A stretch of DNA of 54,374 nt, counting the filler, from Streblomastix strix (Eukaryota), in NCBI GenBank assembly GCA_008636045.1. It is 2 parts of 2 records of this genome, joined end to end, with 100 filler letters (N's around TTAATTAATTAA, not from the genome) between each part and the next. Parts side by side here need not be neighbours in the genome. Positions count along the whole stretch, not along the records: positions 27,251 to 54,374 come from SNRW01000150.1; 1 more part is not named here. One strand, written 5' to 3'. The notes under the pieces were generated by a model. That model was not told where the DNA came from and searched no databases. It worked only from the letters and a program-made list of their open reading frames with translations. Below are positions 48,001 through 54,374 of this stretch, piece after piece. Position 1 is the first letter of the stretch, and each line of letters opens with the position of its first letter. The position numbers and the translations under genes were made by a program.

Positions 48001-51000
48001 TTTTCTGAAGATTAATAAGCAAAAGATAAAGGTTAAAGTTTATCGTTATTATTCGCTAAACTTGTATTAAAACTACTAAAAAAATTTTTCTTTTCTTTTT
48101 TCAATTGTTACTAAGAATTTTTCTTTTTTATTTTTTCTTCATGCTATTTTCTCAGTTACTCTCTCAATTATGCTTATTAAATTTATTATAATTCTCTAAG
48201 TCTTATTCCAGGAGAGAGAAGAGCATTTTCATCAAATTCTTAATTATTTAAATCATTTTTATCACTTGTTTATTAATCATAATCATCATTTGTCCCAATT
48301 TCTGTTGCAATTTCGAAAATTTGATCATAATCAATTTCTTTTTCATTAAATTCCAATTAGTCTTTATTTCCCTTAATATTTTCCTTTATTATTCCCTATA
48401 CTTCAAAATAATTAGAATTATTTGTTTAACTGTCCCCTTTCCCACCAATTTATATTTCTCCTTCTGTTTCTTACTATTTAATAATCTATTCTTTTATTTT
48501 TTATTCGTCTTCTACTTCTTTTTCATCTTCTCTTTCCTCCTCTTATTATCTTTATTCATCTGTTTCTTACTGTTTCTCTTCCATTACTTAGTTACATTCT
48601 TATTTAACTTCAATTTCTCCTTATTATTATCTTTCTTCATCTTTCATTTCATGTTCTAATCCATTTTCAATTTCTTTATTTTCACATTCTTCTTTATTTT
48701 CATTTATTATTTCTTCTTCTTTTTCTACTTCCTATTCATCTTTCTTAATTTCTGAATTCATTATCTATAGTAAAGAAGTAGAAGAAGAATAAAAAATAAA
48801 AGAATAGATTATTAAATAGTAAGAAACAGAAGGAGAACTTTGCAAAAAGGAAGGACTATATAATGAAGAAGAAGAAGAAGAAGGAGAATTTTCTGAAGAT
48901 TAATAAGCAAAAGATAAAGGTTAAAGTTTATCGTTATTATTCGCTAAACTTGTATTAAAACTACTAAAAAAATTTTTCTTTTCTTTTTTCAATTGTTACT
49001 AAGAATTTTTCTTTTTTATTTTTTCTTCATGCTATTTTCTCAGTTACTCTCTCAATTATGCTTATTAAATTTATTATAATTCTCTAAGTCTTATTCCAGG
49101 AGAGAGAAGAGCATTTTCATCAAATTCTTAATTATTTAAATCATTTTTATCACTTGTTTATTAATCATAATCATCATTTGTCCCAATTTCTGTTGCAATT
49201 TCGAAAATTTGATCATAATCAATTTCTTTTTCATTAAATTCCAATTAGTCTTTATTTCCCTTAATATTTTCCTTTATTATTCCCTATACTTCAAAATAAT
49301 TAGAATTATTTGTTTAACTGTCCCCTTTCCCACCAATTTATATTTCTCCTTCTGTTTCTTACTATTTAATAATCTATTCTTTTATTTTTTATTCGTCTTC
49401 TACTTCTTTTTCATCTTCTCTTTCCTCCTCTTATTATCTTTATTCATCTGTTTCTTACTGTTTCTCTTCCATTACTTAGTTACATTCTTATTTAACTTCA
49501 ATTTCTCCTTATTATTATCTTTCTTCATCTTTCATTTCATGTTCTAATCCATTTTCAATTTCTTTATTTTCACATTCTTCTTTATTTTCATTTATTATTT
49601 CTTCTTCTTTTTCTACTTCCTATTCATCTTTCTTAATTTCTGAATTCATTATCTATAGTAAAGAAAGTTAATTAGATAACAATGAATAAGGATATTAAGA
49701 AGGCGATGATGATGCAAGTGGAGAAAAAATAATATTAGGAGAAAATTGTTATTGGTAGTACTACTGATATGGGAAAGAGAGAGGAAATGAAAAAGAAGAA
49801 TTAGATGGACTATTAGATGATACAGTTTATAGTGATGAAGGTGATTGATGTTATTGCAAATACTATGAAATAGAAAAAGAAGGTGAAAAAGGAGAAGGTG
49901 AATAAAATGATGGTGAGAAGAAAGATGGAGAATAAAAAGATGGAGAATAAAAAGATGGTGATTATATTGCAGGAGAGAAAAGAGAAGTGGAATATGGAGA
50001 AAATATAGAAAATCCTTTTTAATTCGGATTTATATTAATGCTGGTGTTCAAATTAAAATTATTTGGAACAAGTAATGATCCTTGTTTTTTAGAAGAATAT
50101 TTTTGAACTAATGATGGAAAGGAAATGAAAGGATATATATTTTTAATGCTTTTGATATTATTATTGTTGCTTTCCTTCTTTTTTTCTTAATTTCGACTAT
50201 TATTTTCTTCTATATTTACATTTATATCATTTTAAATAATCTCTTTCACTTCTCCATTTTCATTATTTTCATTATTATCTTCATTCATTTCATTACAACC
50301 TCTTTCTAAATCAATTTGCATATACTCTGGAATGTATGTTTGCAATTGTATAACTGGATGCTATTGCAATTATTCTTTATCTTATTTTAGATTTAATTCA
50401 ACATTTTATTGCTTCTGATATAACTGCTTCTATTATTCAGTGTTTATACCTAAATTTGAATTAGAAGTACTTTATTGTATTTTTGGAATAGAACTAAGAG
50501 AAGATTGATTAAAAGAACTCGATGATGAATTATAAGTAAATGACTATGATAGAGGATGAATGTAAGATGGAGATTAATGTATGCGATGATGAGTTACAGA
50601 AGGGGTATGACTATTTGAATGAGAACGAGATTGAGAATTAGAATGAGAACGAGAAATAGAAATAGAACTTGAGTGTGAGTGTTGATTTGACTTTGAGCGT
50701 TATTGAGATTTGGGGTTTGTACGTTTGAATGAATGCGTTTTAGGAATTTATAATTTGAATTTTTTTTCTTTGTTATTATTTCCCTTATGAATTTCAATTT
50801 TATCTAAAATATTCCCTTGATCGTTTATTTGCATTGAAAGCAGATTATGCGTTTAATAACGATGATTTAAATGATGTTTCTAACGATTACTAGTTTTAAT
50901 TTATTCATAATTATTAGAATTGTTATTGCTTATTATTATATTTCCTTATTCATTATTAATTTCTTCTTTTTCACTCAAAATATTATCTCCTTTCCCCTTC

Positions 51001-54000
51001 AACTCTTCAGATTTATTAATTACATATAATTTTTCATTATTTCCCTCAAATTAATTAATCAATGCAAATTATTCCACGTCTTCTTTTTCTTTTTCTTTCA
51101 AGCTTTCTTCTTTTAATATTTATCCATCATTTTCTTTTGTATGTTTATTATTGATTTATGTCTTATTCAAATTGTCTAAATCCAACTTTTCTTTTTCTTT
51201 TCTTTCTTCTTTTATTTTCATTTATTTTTTATTTTCATGATCTTCCTAATTATGATTGAAAATTAAGCTGCCTTTAATTTTAGTGATATTCTAATCATTT
51301 TCAAATTATTTGTTGTTGTTAATTTGTATTTTATCTTCACTTTTTAATGAATCCGATTTAATAATATTTGACGATTAGTTTTAGAATGACTATTTTGTTA
51401 ATATTAATTAATTGTCATTTAATAATGAAGATGAAAAAGATTATGCTGATATTAATGGATTTTATTATGTTGATATTTATTGTTCTTCATTAGTAATTGG
51501 AATTTGAGATTTATTTTCAAATTCTAATTATTGTTATTACATCTATTATTAGTTTTATTATTACAATGACGATGTTAATGAAGATTTTTAAGATGGAAAT
51601 GGATAACTAAATGTTTTTGAGTTTAAATGTATAGGATTTTATGAAGATTCAAATATTTATTTATTTAATTTTCCATTTTATTCAGGTTCTTTCAGAACTT
51701 TTTCATTTCCATATGTGCTAATAATTACATTTTCATCCTTATTAATAGTTACATTTGTATTCAAGTTATCAATTTATTATGAAATTGATGGGATATAAGA
51801 TATCGGTTGAACTTTTGTACTGGTTTATTTATTTACATCTAATTAATTTTATTATTATAATAATTGAATATTTTATTGCTTTTGTTCTAATTGTTATAAT
51901 TAATATTCATTTTCCCCCTAAATAATATTTTGATTCTATTATTATAATTATTGTTTAATTTATGTTAAATTATTATATTATTAAGGTTATTGTTAAATAA
52001 GAGAATTTTGGTTTAATTGGCTTTGAATTATTAAATGTTATTGTATTTATTATTATTATAACGAATGTACCAAAGGATCAGTATATTAATGAGTTTAATT
52101 TAATGATTAAGAATTTATATATTTGTTATTTATGCTTGGAAGATTGGATGAAATGATTTATGAAGAAGGATTAACTAAAGGAGCATTAATATGATCATTT
52201 AAGTAAAATGGAACATTCTATTATTATTGTAATTAAAGCTATTACTATTTCTGTTATTAATGATCAAAATGTTATGGGTTTTAAATTTATTATTCTTATT
52301 GAAGAGGAGAAACAAAAATTTATTATTATTGAAATTTTTACTATTAATATTAAATTTGTTTGCTTAATTACTATTACTATTTCATGTTGAATTATTATTG
52401 CTATTATAAGTTAATTTATTATTATTACAAGTTGAATTATTATTATTGTTATAAGTTAAATTACTACTATTATTATTAAGGCTAATGAATCTGTTGTAAA
52501 GGATTCAATAAAGACATGGATTGTTATGAATAAATAGAAGATGAAGGAAGGTTTGTAGGCTGTATTTAAGGAAGAGTTTAAGGTTGAGAAGAAGGAATAT
52601 AATGTTTAAATGAAGGATTTTAGATTTCATTTGATGATTGAATATTAGAAGAAGGTAATTATTAGGTATTTTATGTTGAATTGATCGAAGAATTAGACAT
52701 TTGCTTGTCTATTTATTGAATAAACATTTGATTTGCTGGTAAATAATTTGATTGGGAAATGGGTTGGGAAGAAGAAGAAGCTTAAATTGAAGAATTAAAC
52801 GAAGAAAAAGTAGTTGATAAAGAAGGATTTGCAAATTAATTATGGTTTTAGTTCATGCTCATATTATTATTTACATTTAAATTCATTTGATTAATTTCTA
52901 ATTCATTTCCTCTACGATATTATAGATTTTACTGTTATATTTAATAATTGTCTTTATTGTAATTATTATTAATATCAATATTTTAATTGTTGTAGGAATT
53001 ATTATTTATAAGATTTAAATTAAGGTTATTATCAGTATTATTATAAAAAGCATTATTATTTTAATCTTATTGTTAAGGAAATCGTTTATTGCTTGTTTGT
53101 CTATTTGAACGCAGGTGAGCGTGAGTCATATTATATGTGTTGCTGCTAATTGTTTGCTGAATTAATTAAGGAGGAATCATTTAAGAGGGTGAAATTAGTG
53201 AAGGAGTATTAACATTTGAAAATTAAGAATTTTAAGGTATTGCAAAATTATTTTCTGGATTTTGACGTGAAGAAGGTATTGATAAATTCTATTATTAAAA
53301 CTATTGTTATTACTATTATGATTATGGTTATAAATGCTAAAATTGATTTTGATGTTATTAATCCTATAACTAAATATTATTATAAAAATTATTTTCCTCT
53401 TTATTATTTATTCTTTAATCTTATTTTTTTCCTGAAAAATTATTAAAATTATCATTTTCAAATTTATGAGATTATAAACTAGAATCTTAACTAATTGTGA
53501 GATTTGCTTCATCTTATAATTCATTTTAACCAAAATTAATTTCATTACCTAATTCTGAATTGGAATTTGAAATTCCTTGTTTAGATTTTGGAACTCGAAT
53601 TGGTGATTACATTGAATGAATAAATCGACATCTGTTTCCATAAGGACAATATCCTGTTTTAAGGAATGATTAGCAGATTTCTGTTTTATATTTAGGATGT
53701 CTTAGAATTGGTCTAAGCTCCTCCATAGTATGAGCAAATCGACATTTATCTCCATATTGGCAAACGCCTTTTGTTGTGAACGATCGGCACATTTCAGTCT
53801 TGAAGAGGTCCTATTTTGCCAATTATTCTTCAACTGATAAGGATGATATCACTCTTTGTTCTGATGCCACCAATTTAACAGCATCAGCAGCTGTCTGGTC
53901 ATTTTGAAATTACCAGAGTTGGAAGTAATGAATTTTATTTTTCCGTTAATTGCTTGTGTATTGAGTTTCTGAAGACATTGATTAGATTTCATTAAGATTA

Positions 54001-54125
54001 TCATAAGTATCTGATTCTTAGATCAAATTACTTCCATTTTCAGAATTAAAAGGCTCTTGTAATTGTTGAGGATTAAATCCAATCTAATTGAACCCTAAGT
54101 CTGTGTAAGGAATATTTCCGTCCAT
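42040..54125 (-). CDS. Host TIS11/ZFP36 (tristetraprolin)-family tandem CCCH RNA-binding protein with a very long Q/N/S-rich tail (~3,995 aa as assembled; exons 54125-42429 and 42330-42040)
   Basis: [26 protein letters not shown]...[29 protein letters not shown] at ~53620-53810; the same frame holds at the start, at 48842 and at 42431; interior spot-checked only. Confidence 0.8.
42331..42428 (-). other. Predicted 98-nt phase-0 spliceosomal intron
   Basis: GTATGA...TTTTTTAG, T-rich; removing it extends the Gln-rich frame to TGA at 42040-42042. Confidence 0.7.
47941..49665. repeat. Apparently identical 837-bp direct duplication (47941-48777, 48829-49665) joined by a short inverted segment
   Basis: Offset 888 nt (identical 112-aa shadow ORFs at 48321 and 49209); ~48773-48837 is the reverse complement of ~48456-48520. 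Confidence 0.93.
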
Positions 54126-54374
54126 GTTTACTGAACAAAATTAGAAGTCAATAAAAGTGAATTATAAACGTAAAGTTGAAATAATCGATAAATTCTCTGT
54201 CAAGGTTAAACAGACAGATTTGATGTGAAAAATTAATAAATTTGGACTAAGCCTGTATATATATCTATTGAATTGGAATTAAAGTTATTATAATTTGATA
54301 GAGTATTATGAAAAATGTACGAAAATAGAGAATATCAACATAATTATGGTGATATTCCGGTTTTTTTCGAGTTA

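Noticed and set aside
1392..53446. Short ORFs of the supplied standard-code track treated as genes
   Set aside because: They are fragments or antisense shadows of long code-6 frames, or lie in TIRs; the hydrophobic ones reflect A/T low complexity

Overview
Very AT-rich eukaryotic DNA that only reads sensibly with genetic code 6 (TAA/TAG = Gln, TGA = stop), so the supplied standard-code ORF track is mostly fragments or shadows. The host is most likely a protist such as the oxymonad Streblomastix (inference). An artificial 100-nt spacer (27151-27250) joins two contigs. Contig 1 holds a complete 22.25-kb Polinton/Maverick-like endogenous virus (element A, 3107-25360) with ~555-bp TIRs ending AGTAGT...ACTACT and a perfect 6-bp TSD (ATCAAC). 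It encodes an AT-hook protein, rve integrase, a pPolB polyprotein with an inserted HNH domain, A32-like ATPase, KilA-N, probable minor and major capsid proteins, an amphipathic protein, two fibre-like proteins and an AEP primase-SF3 helicase. An older fibre-gene relic lies to its left. Contig 2 holds 14 kb of a sister element B (27251-41312, opposite orientation, one TIR), followed by a ~12-kb host gene for a giant TIS11/ZFP36-type tandem CCCH protein. The most unusual signal is a ~110-bp bipartite motif (three or four 8-bp repeats, an A/T spacer, then usually three 9-bp repeats) found in the TIRs and at gene-module borders. It is syntenic between A and B but carries element-specific sequence, and it borders a gene inversion and a variable cargo slot. 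All translations and alignments were done by eye; no database searches were run.
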